NCBI GenBank assembly: GCA_012026655.1
Contig: JAAILG010000182.1
Span: 62,001 to 126,000 of the forward strand
Source: Hydrolagus affinis
Lineage: Eukaryota
DNA length: 64,000 nucleotides
Reading direction: 5' to 3'
The notes under the pieces were generated by a model. The model had not been told where the DNA came from. It did no database searches and was given only the letters and a program-made list of their open reading frames with translations. Numbering within the stretch: the first letter of the stretch is position 1; the number at the start of each line of letters is the position of its first letter. Below are positions 45,101 to 54,196 of this stretch, one piece after another. A program made the translations under genes and the position numbers.

Positions 45101-47620
45101 GAGGGGAGAAGTAATTTTTCCAGTGTGATAGTATAACAGAGGAGAAGAGTGATTGATTCTACAACAACTTGCATTTATACAGTAGCCTTAATTTGGGTCG
45201 TGCCTCGGAGCACTTAACTAGAATTCAGGGAAACTTTGAGACATCAACACTCGCTTACTGAATTCGCTAAATGCAACAAAACTTTTTTTTTGTGCTGAAA
45301 TTGTCTGATATATGAGCTAGAGCTTCCAATCTCAGGAAACTTGACGGAGTAAACAATTTTGAAGTGTTTGAAGGTCCTGGCGCGATAAGTACTGTGCGAT
45401 AATAAACACACTCAGTTTTTTTTAAAAGTGGGAGAGCAGAAGTGCTGAAAACGGCAGTATTTGAAGCAAGAGTGTGGTCACACGACCAAATTGTGAGACC
45501 TATGAGACTAGCTGCCTGCTAGTCAGCTCAGCAACAACGGACCATTTTCCAAAGGGTAGAACCATGGCTGCAACACCCTCCCACTCACCCTCTTGAGAGG
45601 CAGTCTGTGACCGACACCATCCTCTGGCAGTGGACATGTCTCCCAATGCCCGCTTCACCGTGCTCCGCACAACCTCATGCCATTTTATACTAATCCTTGC
45701 ATTTGATACAGTGCCTTATTCATCAAGAAGTCTCAAAGCGCTTATCAGAATATTCTGTAAAGTCAATTGATTGTATATTGATTGAAACCACTACTCAATT
45801 CTACACTGCAGTGTCATTCAAGCAGTCGTGGATTGAGGGACTAAATTATCATTTTTGAAAGGTTTAATACCACCACAAAAGGATCTGCCAATCGACTAAT
45901 AACCTGTTCCTGCTTACCACTAGGTGACCCAAAGTGTGTTGAATAAGCAAACTCACCTAAGGTTTTGCCTTGCCCAGGAATTGAACCCAGGACCTATTGC
46001 TTGTAACCAATATGCTGTAGAACTCCCATTTTAGCAGGTAGACAGCAGGGCTTCGTAGTAAGTCGTCAAATAAAATGCAAATATTTGAGCACTTGTGCAA
46101 ATAAAGAGTGGGGTAACCTTTATTTCCATTCCAAGCAGAACATTTGTTGGAAGACTTTTAAATTTGATTAAAATGCCTTATCCGCCTCCTGCAAGCCGCA
46201 GTCAGTAACGTGTGCGTCTCCCCTCTCTCTAGTTGACCAGCCAAGACAAGACACCTGTGGTCATCCAACGGGCCATGTCCAAGCACAACTTAGAAACCGA
46301 GCACCCAGAGGAGTATCAGCTCATCCAGGTCATTACAGAGGAGAGAGGTGAGGGTCCTTAAAAATGTCAATCTCAAAAGATGAGTGAACTGTTGTGGCTG
46401 CTTATCACCACTTGCCTTGAAACACGACCTGGGGGTGACCAGTTTGACCTCAGAGATGTGCTCCTTTCTGGATAAAGTCATCAAATACACTCACACCACA
46501 CGCACACCCTTCCCCGAAGCATAAACTGCACAACCCAACATACCGCTATGTAGATTTACCTTTCCCTAATTTTTTTTTGGGGGTCAACCATTATGTCTGA
46601 CACATGCAGTAATCAATTCTGCTTCAATGTATCCAGAGTGCCACATATGTGCACCGCTCACACACATAATCCTCCCTGTGACTGGAATCGAATGCACAAC
46701 CTGCTTTTCCTAATTCTGCGCAGCATTTGGTGCAAGTTGGCAAGAGCCAAGGTTTGAGGACTCCAGAGCATGTGTTAGGGATATTGCTGGAATTTCACCA
46801 GCTAAAATCACTCTCTTTAAGCAGCTTACACATGCAAAAGTTCAGTGGCATTAAGCCACCGAGAGTTAAGGTGCACATTGCTGACTGGTCCGAATAGGAT
46901 TTTTCTCGTTTGGTGAGAACGCCGTTCTACAACTTTTTCAGTTTACATAAATCAAAGCGATAATTTGCTTTTCTTGCTTCGGGAGTGGGGGGATGGGGGA
47001 CTGATGGAAGGTGTGTGATACATTATAATTCCATGTGACACACTCATATGTTGTACACCCCTGCTGTTCTGCAGTGAAATTATACAATCGTCCTTGCATT
47101 TAATGAAGTGTCTGTAACATTGAAACGTCACCAAAGTAATTCAGGGGAATTGCTCTCCAAGCTTAGTGCCTATACTGTGTAGGAAAATATGTTTGTCTCT
47201 TGACGTTTCCAAGTATTTCAGTACAATCCTTACCTGGCAACAAATTTGCGTTCAATTATCATCAGCATGTGTAAAATATGATTTTGTTCAAGCTGCGTGT
47301 ATGGCAGTGTAGTCCCATTACTCCCACACAACCATACGTTTGTGTCAGAAGGAACCGACTGAGTGATGGTGATTCAGTGTGGGGGCGAATCTAATTGCTA
47401 TCAGCTCTTCAAATTGCATTTCTTCTTCCTCGCAGAGTTGGTGATCCCTGATAACGCCAATGTGTTTTACGCCATGAACACCTCAGTGAACTTTGACTTT
47501 ATCCTGCGGAAACGGAACCCGAGTCGGCAGGTCAAGCTGCGGAGTCGCTCCAGCTCCACCCTGCCCAGAGCGGCCAAAAAGGGAATACTGACTAACCGAC
47601 TAAGCAAGGTCACCCTCTGA
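3149..47620 (+). CDS. RGL1: Ral guanine nucleotide dissociation stimulator-like 1, full gene span: 18 coding exons, 2328 nt including stop, 775 aa
   Basis: Manually spliced exons give one continuous [26 protein letters not shown]...RLSKVTL*. It closely matches vertebrate RGL1 as recalled (human [22 protein letters not shown]...SKITL). Every intron is GT-AG with matching phases. Confidence 0.96.
4228..4341 (+). CDS. RGL1: RGL1 exon 2 ([38 protein letters not shown])
   Basis: Acceptor ttttgtccacag, donor gtgagt; 114 nt, phase 0/0. Confidence 0.95.
4355..4438 (+). mobile_element. Very short L2 3'-end insertion just after the exon 2 donor
   Basis: gctctgagacgccgtcgggcgtggagggcactatataaatcgaag...(ttg)n matches the L2 terminus. 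Confidence 0.8.
5655..5830 (+). mobile_element. Older L2 3' fragment
   Basis: catctcaagacagtcctcttcgatcatacctttggt...ctgaaaagcgcaatacaaatgtaatttgt. Confidence 0.55.
6095..6310 (+). mobile_element. tRNA-derived SINE family B (tRNA-Ala-like head), internally deleted
   Basis: Head ...tagagcactcgccttgcaagcgaaaggatccgggtttaattccc; central caagtttccttactccac...ctctgtttacccagc; tail cgctatatcaaatgcaagg(att)n. Confidence 0.75.
9194..9296 (+). mobile_element. Single-arm copy of the same Penelope-like repeat
   Basis: ctgacgaag...gaaacgttgactctttttcctttctccatggatgctgcttgacttgctgagtttccccagca aligns by eye with 10160-10250. Confidence 0.7.
9740..9935 (-). mobile_element. Older L2 3' fragment
   Basis: Reverse of the L2 tail (atttatatagaacctttcatgtcgggaggacatccc...ttgagatg...gggagggaggga). 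Confidence 0.6.
10041..10252. mobile_element. Palindromic Penelope-like (pLTR-derived) insertion with two inverted hammerhead-like cores
   Basis: Perfect 15-bp flanking direct repeat gggtttaaaaagtag (10026-10040 and 10253-10267). Arms are inverted around ~10155. CTGACGA-A-GGG...CCC-AAAAC core on +, degenerate mirror core on -. Confidence 0.75.
10751..11070 (+). mobile_element. L2 LINE 3' fragment, same family
   Basis: Matches 38085-38401 (ccagcacccg...ccatccggcgtggagggtgctatataaatcgaag(ttg)n). Confidence 0.9.
11538..11720 (+). mobile_element. SINE family A 5' part
   Basis: cttggctcggtggtagcactctcgcctctcagtcagaaggttgtgggtcc...ctaggctgatacttcattgcagtact. Confidence 0.75.
11836..11995 (-). mobile_element. 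CR1 3' fragment
   Basis: aatcccactcccctgctctctccccatagccctg...ggcaatgcattccagatcc is the reverse of 60165-60300. Confidence 0.8.
14020..14282 (-). mobile_element. SINE family B lacking the head
   Basis: (aat)n tail, body, ttcctgcttactgctaggtaaacagaggca...gagtaaggaaactcgcctaagg. Confidence 0.75.
14310..14495 (+). mobile_element. Older L2 3' fragment
   Basis: cccttcctc...ccctcagtttaaggtccatctca...gctttgagatgtcctcccaatatggaaggctctgtataaatg. Confidence 0.6.
16345..16655 (+). mobile_element. CR1 3' fragment, internally deleted
   Basis: aggttgaggggtgatttgatt...agggcataatctt...ggggccgaatggcctactcctgtttctatg. Confidence 0.8.
17124..17223. other. Assembly gap (100 N, true size unknown)
   Basis: Run of exactly 100 N. 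Confidence 1.
17226..17256. repeat. Poly-C and (CA)n next to the gap
   Basis: Direct reading. Confidence 0.85.
18093..18332 (-). mobile_element. Young SINE (family B deletion subfamily)
   Basis: (aat)n-ccttagcatttgatatag...gcagccaattgcgcacagca...ggattattattaggcgtgtggagtaagga; near-identical to the 32k, 38.8k, 41.9k and 54k copies. Confidence 0.85.
18773..18981 (+). CDS. RGL1: RGL1 exon 3, REM domain ([11 protein letters not shown]...[12 protein letters not shown]...LLLDR)
   Basis: Acceptor ctccctgtag, donor gtgaga; 209 nt, phase 0/2. Confidence 0.97.
21334..21411 (+). CDS. RGL1: RGL1 exon 4 ([25 protein letters not shown])
   Basis: Acceptor cttttgcag, donor gtaagt; 78 nt, phase 2/2. Confidence 0.95.
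23805..24010 (+). mobile_element. Older L2 3' fragment
   Basis: ctggaacacactccctcaatccctctgccttgcccc...aagcgctctggg...ctatgtaaacgcaaattgttgtt. Confidence 0.7.
24134..24327 (+). CDS. RGL1: RGL1 exon 5 ([13 protein letters not shown]...QELD)
   Basis: Acceptor tttgtttacag, donor gtaaga; 194 nt, phase 2/1. Confidence 0.96.
25032..25165 (+). CDS. RGL1: RGL1 exon 6 ([11 protein letters not shown]...[10 protein letters not shown]), start of the CDC25-homology domain
   Basis: Acceptor gcacag, donor gtaagt; 134 nt, phase 1/0. Confidence 0.94.
26751..26966 (+). CDS. RGL1: RGL1 exon 7 ([13 protein letters not shown]...KWIDVAQ)
   Basis: Acceptor cttctggcag, donor gtaaag; 216 nt, phase 0/0. Confidence 0.97.
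27408..27511 (+). CDS. RGL1: RGL1 exon 8 ([34 protein letters not shown])
   Basis: Acceptor tttcccaacag, donor gtgagt; 104 nt, phase 0/2; RasGEF NFSS/RLKKxW motifs. Confidence 0.97.
28531..28615 (+). CDS. RGL1: RGL1 exon 9 ([28 protein letters not shown])
   Basis: Acceptor tcttaaccag, donor gtaaga; 85 nt, phase 2/0. Confidence 0.96.
31470..31559 (+). CDS. RGL1: RGL1 exon 10 ([30 protein letters not shown])
   Basis: Acceptor catcctcag, donor gtgagt; 90 nt, phase 0/0. Confidence 0.97.
32196..32420 (-). mobile_element. Young SINE (family B deletion subfamily)
   Basis: Same consensus as 18093-18332. Confidence 0.85.
32484..32570 (+). CDS. RGL1: RGL1 exon 11 ([29 protein letters not shown])
   Basis: Acceptor tcaatag, donor gtaagc; 87 nt; conserved PYLGxFLTDL RasGEF motif. 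Confidence 0.97.
33238..33270 (+). CDS. RGL1: RGL1 exon 12, 33-nt small exon ([11 protein letters not shown])
   Basis: Long pyrimidine tract ending tctttag, donor gttagt; encodes the INFEK RasGEF motif; phase 0/0. Confidence 0.95.
33362..33560 (-). mobile_element. Older L2 3' fragment
   Basis: atttatatagcgcctttcacatcggaag...gactaaaaatatgtttgaagagacaagt, reverse L2 tail. Confidence 0.55.
35113..35234 (+). CDS. RGL1: RGL1 exon 13 ([19 protein letters not shown]...TDEE)
   Basis: Acceptor gctttcag, donor gtgagg; 122 nt, phase 0/2. Confidence 0.97.
35757..35809. repeat. (GT)n microsatellite, interrupted
   Basis: Direct reading. Confidence 0.9.
35894..35983 (+). CDS. RGL1: RGL1 exon 14 (YTISCEIEP...KSMVKRLS)
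   Basis: Acceptor gtcctccag, donor gtaagc; 90 nt, phase 2/2. Confidence 0.96.
35990..36255 (+). repeat. Degenerate AT-rich minisatellite (~20-bp unit aataaataataatccttat)
   Basis: About 8-10 visible imperfect units immediately after the exon 14 donor. Confidence 0.7.
37604..38401 (+). mobile_element. 5'-truncated L2-clade LINE (ORF2 C-terminus, 3' UTR and (TTG)n tail)
   Basis: Translates to [21 protein letters not shown]...[10 protein letters not shown]-like...[15 protein letters not shown], typical of L2 ORF2. Possible 6-bp TSD taatct (37598-37603 and 38402-38407). Confidence 0.92.
38772..38970 (-). mobile_element. Young SINE, 5'-truncated
   Basis: Same consensus as 18093-18332. Confidence 0.85.
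39588..39607. repeat. (TA)n microsatellite
   Basis: Direct reading. Confidence 0.85.
39673..40070 (-). mobile_element. L2 LINE 3' fragment, young, same family as 37604-38401
   Basis: The reverse complement is nearly identical to ~38013-38401; (CAA)n tail at 39673-39690. Confidence 0.92.
40684..40873 (+). CDS. RGL1: RGL1 exon 15, Ser-rich linker (LFLGSE...[15 protein letters not shown]...PPKK)
   Basis: Acceptor cttgctcag, donor gtaatg; 190 nt, phase 2/0. Confidence 0.95.
41881..42097 (-). mobile_element. Young SINE (family B deletion subfamily)
   Basis: Same consensus as 18093-18332. Confidence 0.85.
42575..42829 (+). CDS. RGL1: RGL1 exon 16 ([10 protein letters not shown]...[14 protein letters not shown]...YKSIL), start of the RA domain
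   Basis: Acceptor ttattctgcag, donor gtaagt; 255 nt, phase 0/0. Confidence 0.97.
43165..43365 (+). mobile_element. Older L2 3' fragment
   Basis: caaaggccaccttgagacttgcctctttg...ttgagacatcctcccaatgtgaaag. Confidence 0.5.
43630..43993 (+). mobile_element. Old CR1 3' fragment
   Basis: ctggagttcttcaagcttgacaggagacg...ttctcccagaggataattgatgattgaaataggttgcca. Confidence 0.65.
45690..46010 (-). mobile_element. SINE family B, near full length
   Basis: taatccttgcatttgata tail, body, ttcctgcttacc...aaactcacctaaggttttgcc...ggaattgaacccagg (reverse B box). Confidence 0.75.
46233..46347 (+). CDS. RGL1: RGL1 exon 17 ([20 protein letters not shown]...EER), RA domain
   Basis: Acceptor ctctctctag, donor gtgagg; 115 nt, phase 0/1. 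Confidence 0.96.
47436..47620 (+). CDS. RGL1: RGL1 terminal coding exon 18 ([25 protein letters not shown]...SKVTL*)
   Basis: Acceptor cttcctcgcag; ANVFYAM RA-domain motif; TGA at 47618-47620. Confidence 0.97.
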
Positions 47621-47934
47621 GGAGAGTACCTGACACGGCAGCCTTGCCTGCCCACCTTCAGAGCTACCACTCAGTATTGAGCGCTGTGGAATGTATGAGA
47701 TTGATTTGCCTTGGCAGTATTCTACCTTATTTACCTGAAGCGCAAGGAACAGCATTGTCGGAATTTCCACAAGCTCTCCCTTTGGAAAAGGAATGCTCAC
47801 CTGCTGTCGGCCTGTTTTTTTGCACAGCAGCCTTTGGGGCAGACTCACAAGGCTGGACTTTGTACAGGGACCGTAACGATTCCCGGCATCTACCAGGCCA
47901 GCCAGTGAAGACTTTGTGCCCAACAATACCCCCA

Positions 47935-47985
47935 TACACACACACACACACACACATACCCCACCATCACCCACAAAAATACACA

Positions 47986-48019
<34 letters not shown>
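47935..48019. repeat. Two (CA)n tracts in the 3' UTR
   Basis: Direct reading: ~47935-47956 and ~47992-48019. Confidence 0.9.
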
Positions 48020-48022
<3 letters not shown>

Positions 48023-49252
48023 CTCTCCCCCAAAGCCCTTCCATGTGAATGGATTGAAAGAGAGATGAGAATCTTTTCTCTTACTCGCTAAATGTGTGGT
48101 TGACATGACTCTCAGGTCATCCATGGTCATTTTTATGCACGATGAGGAAGGCGACTTTGGCCGAATGATGAATGCTGAGACATGGTGTTCGGATTGGCCT
48201 TTCGACTCTTCAGCAAATCTTCCTGCCCTTTCCCCCCCTCACAGTTTAATCTCTCGCGGACAGAACAGGACCAGTCACAGACTTGAAGATGACGGCAGAA
48301 GACAGCGGTTGAGTGGGGGGTGGGGAGTGTGGGGGGGAATAAGAGTTATTGCCAATATTGCACTTGTTTTGAGGTTTGGGTATACTTTTCAGCTTTATAC
48401 TGAACTGTTTTGTATGTATATTTGTAAATGTTGGCCTTTTTATTTTCCCGTCAAAAAAAAGGTTCTTTAAATAGATGCAGAGGGAACCAGCCACCTGAGA
48501 CCAATTTTGTCACTATTCTTTTCCCTCTCCTTGTTTTTTTTTGGATTCAATTACTTATTAAACTGCCATTATCTCACATTACATTGCTCATTTAATCTGC
48601 TTTTTGAGGGGGAAAAAAAGCATCACCCTTTGCACGTCAACACCCCTTGACAGTCACCTTTGCCAATCGGCAACTAAATCATCGACCTCTTGATACATTT
48701 AGTGCAATCACTTCTCAGGTGTAGAACTGTGTTTATTATTGCACATGTGCATCCATCTGTGTGTTTCAAACCACATTTTTCAAGTAGCAAAAATGCCAAG
48801 AATGTCTTAACAGTATTTGGGTGTTTTGTTTTAAATTCTGTTTTTGCACTATGTATAAATTAATCACCATAAGCAAGCAGTAAGTGTCTTCCAGCTTGTC
48901 ATGTCTGTCCTCTGTCCTTTTCAGATACTATATTAAGTCTATGTGCCTAGATGCTGCAGAGAGGGTTTTAGAAAGGCCTATATATTTTTTATGTTTGGTT
49001 CTCCCCCTTCTATCAATTCCTTGATGCTTACCCAGTAAACAACATCCCTTGCTCCAGAGTTGCTTGGTACAAGTAACTTCAAGGCTTAAAATTGAGCAAC
49101 TGTGATACTCGGAAAAAGTTATTAAAAGATGTCATCGGAGGGATTTGTCTCTTTGTTTTCTAAAACTTATACTTTTGTAAATAGTTTCCTTATATCTTGT
49201 ATAATTATATTGTATAATTTCTGTTTAAAAAAAATAGCGATTACTAAGAAAA

Positions 49253-49258
49253 AATAAA
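49253..49258 (+). terminator. Polyadenylation signal AATAAA
   Basis: Canonical hexamer preceded by TGTA elements and followed by gtgttt and a T run. Confidence 0.65.
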
Positions 49259-50669
49259 TTCGACACCAAAATGAAAGTGTTTCAGATACTTTTTTTTAAT
49301 AGCGGGGTTGAGAAGGCAAGTTGTTGTTGGGTTGGATATGATGAGTTTCTATTCTGACTTTGCAAGTGAACATAAGTAATTCAGAACTATTCTGTTCTGT
49401 CGCTGCCCTTGACTTATTTCGAAATAAGCTACCTACTCTACTGAAAAGATTGCTTTCAAGATTCTCACCCCTGCATACAAATGCCTTCACACTGTAACAT
49501 CTCCTGCCACTATTCCTCTGACCTCCTCATATTCGCACACAAATATAGTCAATTTGCCTTACAGTATTTTCAGTGAAGCGCTTCGAGACATGTCTAAGAC
49601 ATAATAAGGTACTATATCAAATGCAAGGATTTTTATCATATGCCACCCATCTGCTCGTTCCCTTCGCTCAGCCAGCACAGGCCTGCTGAGTGTTCCCTGA
49701 CACCATGATGGCTATATCTCGTCCACTACTCCCTTATCTCTTTTCCTCTTTCTCCTCCGACCCCTACGGTTTGTATAATCTTCCTGTGGTCTCTGGCTGT
49801 TTTCCTATCAACTTTCCTGTTTTGTTAGAGGAGAGGATGAGGAGGGGCAGAGGCTCTTGTGGAATATAAACCCTGATGTAGCCAGTTACAGTGTCTGTGG
49901 AGTTCTATGTATTGCTTATATTGCATCTGGTTCTCCCAAAACAGATTTAATACAAAATTACATTTGTACAGTTGCTTTCATATCGGGAGGATGTCCCAAC
50001 GCATTCATAAAGTTTGATAACAGGATAATTTTTACTACAGACAGGAATCAATGTGAGCTAAGTCCGCAGGTTTCTCTTGAGTGACTAGCTTGGCAGCGAA
50101 ATGTGAATTAAACCAATGTTCTGCAGCGACTGAGCAAGGTGGGCTGCAGTACTCTAGGGTTCAGCCAGTATGATGGCTCATTGGTAGGATTCGAGTGGCA
50201 GGCATTCCTCACGCTCAGCTCTCTTTCACCTTGCAAGCCAAAGTATCAACCGGTAGGGTGGTCCTGGATGAACAAACAGTGGGACGCTTGTCAGAATTGA
50301 CACGCAATGTGGTTTTAGCTGAATAAACTCCAGCAGTACCCCATCGCACATTCTGGCATCCAAGAGCCTCGGTTGGGGAGAGAGTGTGCATTCCATTCCA
50401 AACACAGGGAAATGTTCATGTGTGGGTGGCATGCATATGTGAAAAACAGTCTGGCTTGGATACTGTCAAGCATGGTTGTGGGTTTCTGCATGTGTCAAAC
50501 AGCTGGCTAACCAAAAGTAAATTTAATATAATTTTTTCTACTGCTTGCTTGTCCTTCGTATTCTTTTGCCAACCACAACGTCCCTCAAACTGTATAATTT
50601 TACTGTTAAGCTGTTGAAGTTGAAGGGATTTTTTTTGTCATCTCATGCAGTCACGGGATGTCAAAGTGA

Positions 50670-51022
50670 AAATGGCAAGCGAAAACTGAAAGGAGAGGAC
50701 CCGGGTTTGGTACCCGAACAGGGCAAAACATTCAACAAGTTTCCTTACTCCACTGTTTACCCAGCAGTAAGTAGGAATCTGATTGTTAGTCAATTGGTGG
50801 ATCGCTTTTCTGTGGGTAATAATCTCTTCAAAATTAATAAATTGGAAAAAAATTTGGACACTAAATCCATGACTGTGGTTCATGCCTGTGCACAATAGAC
50901 TGCTGAATTTGATGCACAAAATGTACAGTTAAATCACTTTACAGCATAATTTGTGAAACGTTTTGACATTTCTCGAAGGCACTACCGGTATATTAAATGC
51001 ATGGATTATTAGTATTATTATT
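50670..51022 (+). mobile_element. SINE family B, near full length, diverged
   Basis: gacccgggtttg head remnant, caagtttccttactccactgtttacccagcagtaagtagg, Deu-like body, (att)n tail. Confidence 0.7.
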
Positions 51023-52149
51023 GCATATGTCCATGATTTAGAAGCATTTTTTTTAAATAAAGCAAGCAGATCTATTCATAAGTAATCCATCCATTATTGA
51101 TAAGAACTGAACGCTGTTGCAATAAGTGTCATCTGTTAAACCATTAGCCTGAGCAAACATAATGCTCCAGGGACTCTGACTTGTACAATTAGGCAAACGC
51201 AGGAGGCATTCCACGTACAGACTTGAAAGGAATGACCAGTTTTATTTAGGGGATTATTGGCCAGGATACTGGAAGAAACCCATAGCTGTATAGTACTGGG
51301 TATACTCAATATACTTCCCAGCAGGCCAAATTTGGGGCAAGTTTCCTTACCCCAAGATGTGATGAGGTGTTACCTCAAATACAAGGAACAGATATTTTAA
51401 ATGACTTGTCTTTTGAAAAACAAGTCAATTTTTGAATTGCATGTGTATTTTTTTTACACCAGTCTTGGCACATGAAGCCCATCAAAAGAGGTACTTTTGC
51501 CACTAATTTGACAGCCTGCAGCAATGTGTCAGTGTTTAAGAATGGAATCTCAGTGCAGAATGTGCAACGGGGACATCCATTGCAATTTGAAATGCGGAAC
51601 TAAATGTCTTCAAGCTGCAGTCTATTTTAAACTCTCATCTGTCACATGTTTTATAGAAATTTGGAGACAGCGCTGACTATGCAGCAGAATACAGTAGCAT
51701 CCAATGACAGTGATAGGTGGATATGAAAAATCTACACGGAAGCCTAAAGCTTGTGCACAAAATTAAAGATCCCACGGTACTATTTCAAAAGAGAAGGCAG
51801 TTTTTCCCAATGTCCTGGCCAGCAATCCACTAGATGAAAGTAGTCATTCACTTCATGTTTGTAGGACATTGCAATATTGTGAACTGTTTTGCTGTTTAGC
51901 TCAATTCGGGTTTGCAAGCCAGGAAATTGTAGGTATCTATATGTCCCATTTTCAACAGTAAATACAAAATACACAACTGTCTGTTGTATATTTGCAACTC
52001 AAAATTGAATGTGGAAAGATCATGTCTCAATTTTCAGCATTCCGAGACGCTATCCCACATGAAGGGCAATATATAGATGCAAGTGGTTGTTCTAAAAGGC
52101 CTTGGGAATGTATTCAAAATGACATAACCACTCTGTTCGTGTACAATAA

Positions 52150-52340
52150 CTTCATAAGCGCTTCATAAGGACAAGTTTGGTCGCTGAGTTAGATAGGAGG
52201 GGTAGATGACAGTAAGCATGGTCTGAAGAGTTACGTTTTTAGGGAGCTCATAAAGACAGAAAAGGTGGGCAGGAGGAGAAGTGGGGGCCAAGATAGTGGG
52301 GTAGAGGGAGGGAGTTCCAGAATAGCTAACCGAGGCTTCA
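52150..52340 (-). mobile_element. Older L2 3' fragment
   Basis: aagcatggtctgaagag...gagggagggagttccagaatag, reverse of the ctggaactccctccc L2 motif. Confidence 0.5.
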
Positions 52341-53034
52341 TGTGACACGTACCATTCTGTTGGAAACCCAGAAAGATAGCTCAGTGATTCAAATATTTTG
52401 TACGGTGCTGGCATCTGGTTAACCACAGGCTGCTGTGCCATTGTTTTATTTGGTTGCTATGAAGCTTCTCCAGGAAAGATCACTTGTGGTCGGAAAGCAC
52501 CCTTCTCTTTTTCTGTTATGGAACCAGAAAAGCAGAAATTGAGGTTCAATTCGTGGCCGCTCAGGACTTTTCACAAGAGCTGACAATCATGTGGCTGAAT
52601 CTGTGCCTTTTAATATGGTTTAAGGTCAGTGACCGACATGAACTCAAAGAGAAATCTACCAGGAGTGCAGCATAAAATTATTGCCATCTTTTACATCTAG
52701 TGCTGGGCAGATCCTGTCTTCATGACTGATTTGTGGGATATTGGTTGCACAATGTTTTGATGCCTTCACAAAGATTTTTAAGGCGCTACATCCATTGTAA
52801 TTATTATTGTACATTATTATCTGACAGAAACGCTACTGGCAGCCTCTCTCATATTTGTGGTCACATTCAATAAAAGTATTCAAATTAAAGTAACTTCACA
52901 TTTGAAAATTCTCATTTTAAAAATGGCCAAAAGTAGACTCCAAATGTTTTCAAATTCTTGCATTGGGTTACTGTGTTATTATCAGTCATATTATTAATTT
53001 GCTATTAATCTTGTTCTTCTGAATTCTCTTTAGT

Positions 53035-53435
53035 GTTAACTTGGCTGTCAGATGGTAGCATTCCCTCCACCGAGTCAGAATATTGTGGGTGCAAACCCCG
53101 CATCGGGACTTTGAGCTCGTAGCCTGGGTTTCGTGACTTCAATACAGTGATAGGCAAGCATCACATTGCTTGAGGTGCCATCCATCAGATAAGACATTAA
53201 ACCAAGATTATAGTTTGGATCCCGTCTGCCTGTTCGCGAGTACATTCACGGACTCCTCCCCAAAATTGGTTGTTCACTTCTGACAGTGTGATATTGCTTG
53301 CTGGACACAAATTGGCTGTTCCATCTGCCTACAAATAGGTCACTTGTACTTTTAAGAAAAGTCTTTAAAGCGCTTTGAGGCATTTCAACATGATAGGGAA
53401 CTCTATCAAATATAAGTATTAATATTATTAATAAT
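53035..53435 (+). mobile_element. Deu-type SINE family A, diverged
   Basis: tRNA-like head (tggtagca...gagtcagaa...gtgggtgcaaaccc), cacaaattggctg body, aaagcgctttgag tail. Confidence 0.7.
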
Positions 53436-53941
53436 TTCATCTGTCTCAGTTTCAGAAAAGCGGACAGTTGGGGAGTCAAAAACTTTCAGGCGTTCATGAA
53501 AGGACGTTGTATATCTTTTTGTTGTCACAAGTTCAAACACTTTTTATTGAGCGAAGAAGTACTGTACTTTGAATGCTTGGACATACTTCAAAATAATCAA
53601 TCGACATATTTACCACCCATGTCGTACACCAAAAGAGGCTATCAGCTATTCATTGCAATAAAATTATGCAACATCAAGACTTTTCATTTTGAGTGGCTGT
53701 ATTTTCTTGCAGAAGAGCACTTGACTTGTACTTTATCCAGAGACGTGGTGGTTGCTGCTGACAGCGGACAGATGAGTTCAGCAAGCTGGAACCGCTCAGA
53801 GCATCAGCTTTGAGTGTTTTAATGTTAAATATTGCTGAAAAAGTGGAACTGGCGGCAGCTGGATTTCCTGTGGTGTACACAAGTTTTCCTCTTAGAATCT
53901 GCTGGCATAAAAGTTATTTTCGTTTACAGATTTTATATATA

Positions 53942-54196
53942 TCAATTCCCGGCAGGGTGACACTTTGGGCAAGTTTCCTTACTCCACACGTCTAATGATA
54001 ATCCCTTCGAAAAAAACACAATCATTAATTGAACCTTTCAATCCATGACTGTTTTGTGGGACATTGCTGTGCGCAATTGGCTGCCGCATTTTGCCCACAA
54101 ATATACGGTCAATTCACTTTACAGTATATTCTGTGATTGAGACGTCTAGAAGATGTGAAAAGTGCTATGTCAAATGCAAGGATTATTATTATTATA
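53942..54196 (+). mobile_element. SINE (family B deletion subfamily)
   Basis: tcaattcccggcaggg...gggcaagtttccttactccacacgtctaatgataatccc, then the Deu-like body and (att)n tail. Confidence 0.85.

Larger units (their letters stand above)
47621..49285 (+). other. RGL1: Probable RGL1 3' UTR (~1.65 kb)
   Basis: Follows the stop codon; AU-rich with no recognisable retroelement fragments; ends at AATAAA followed by GT/T-rich sequence. Confidence 0.65.

Noticed and set aside
47600-48130. 176-aa antisense ORF over the 3' UTR
   Set aside because: Kept open by (GT)n repeats (CVCVCV); no coding signature.
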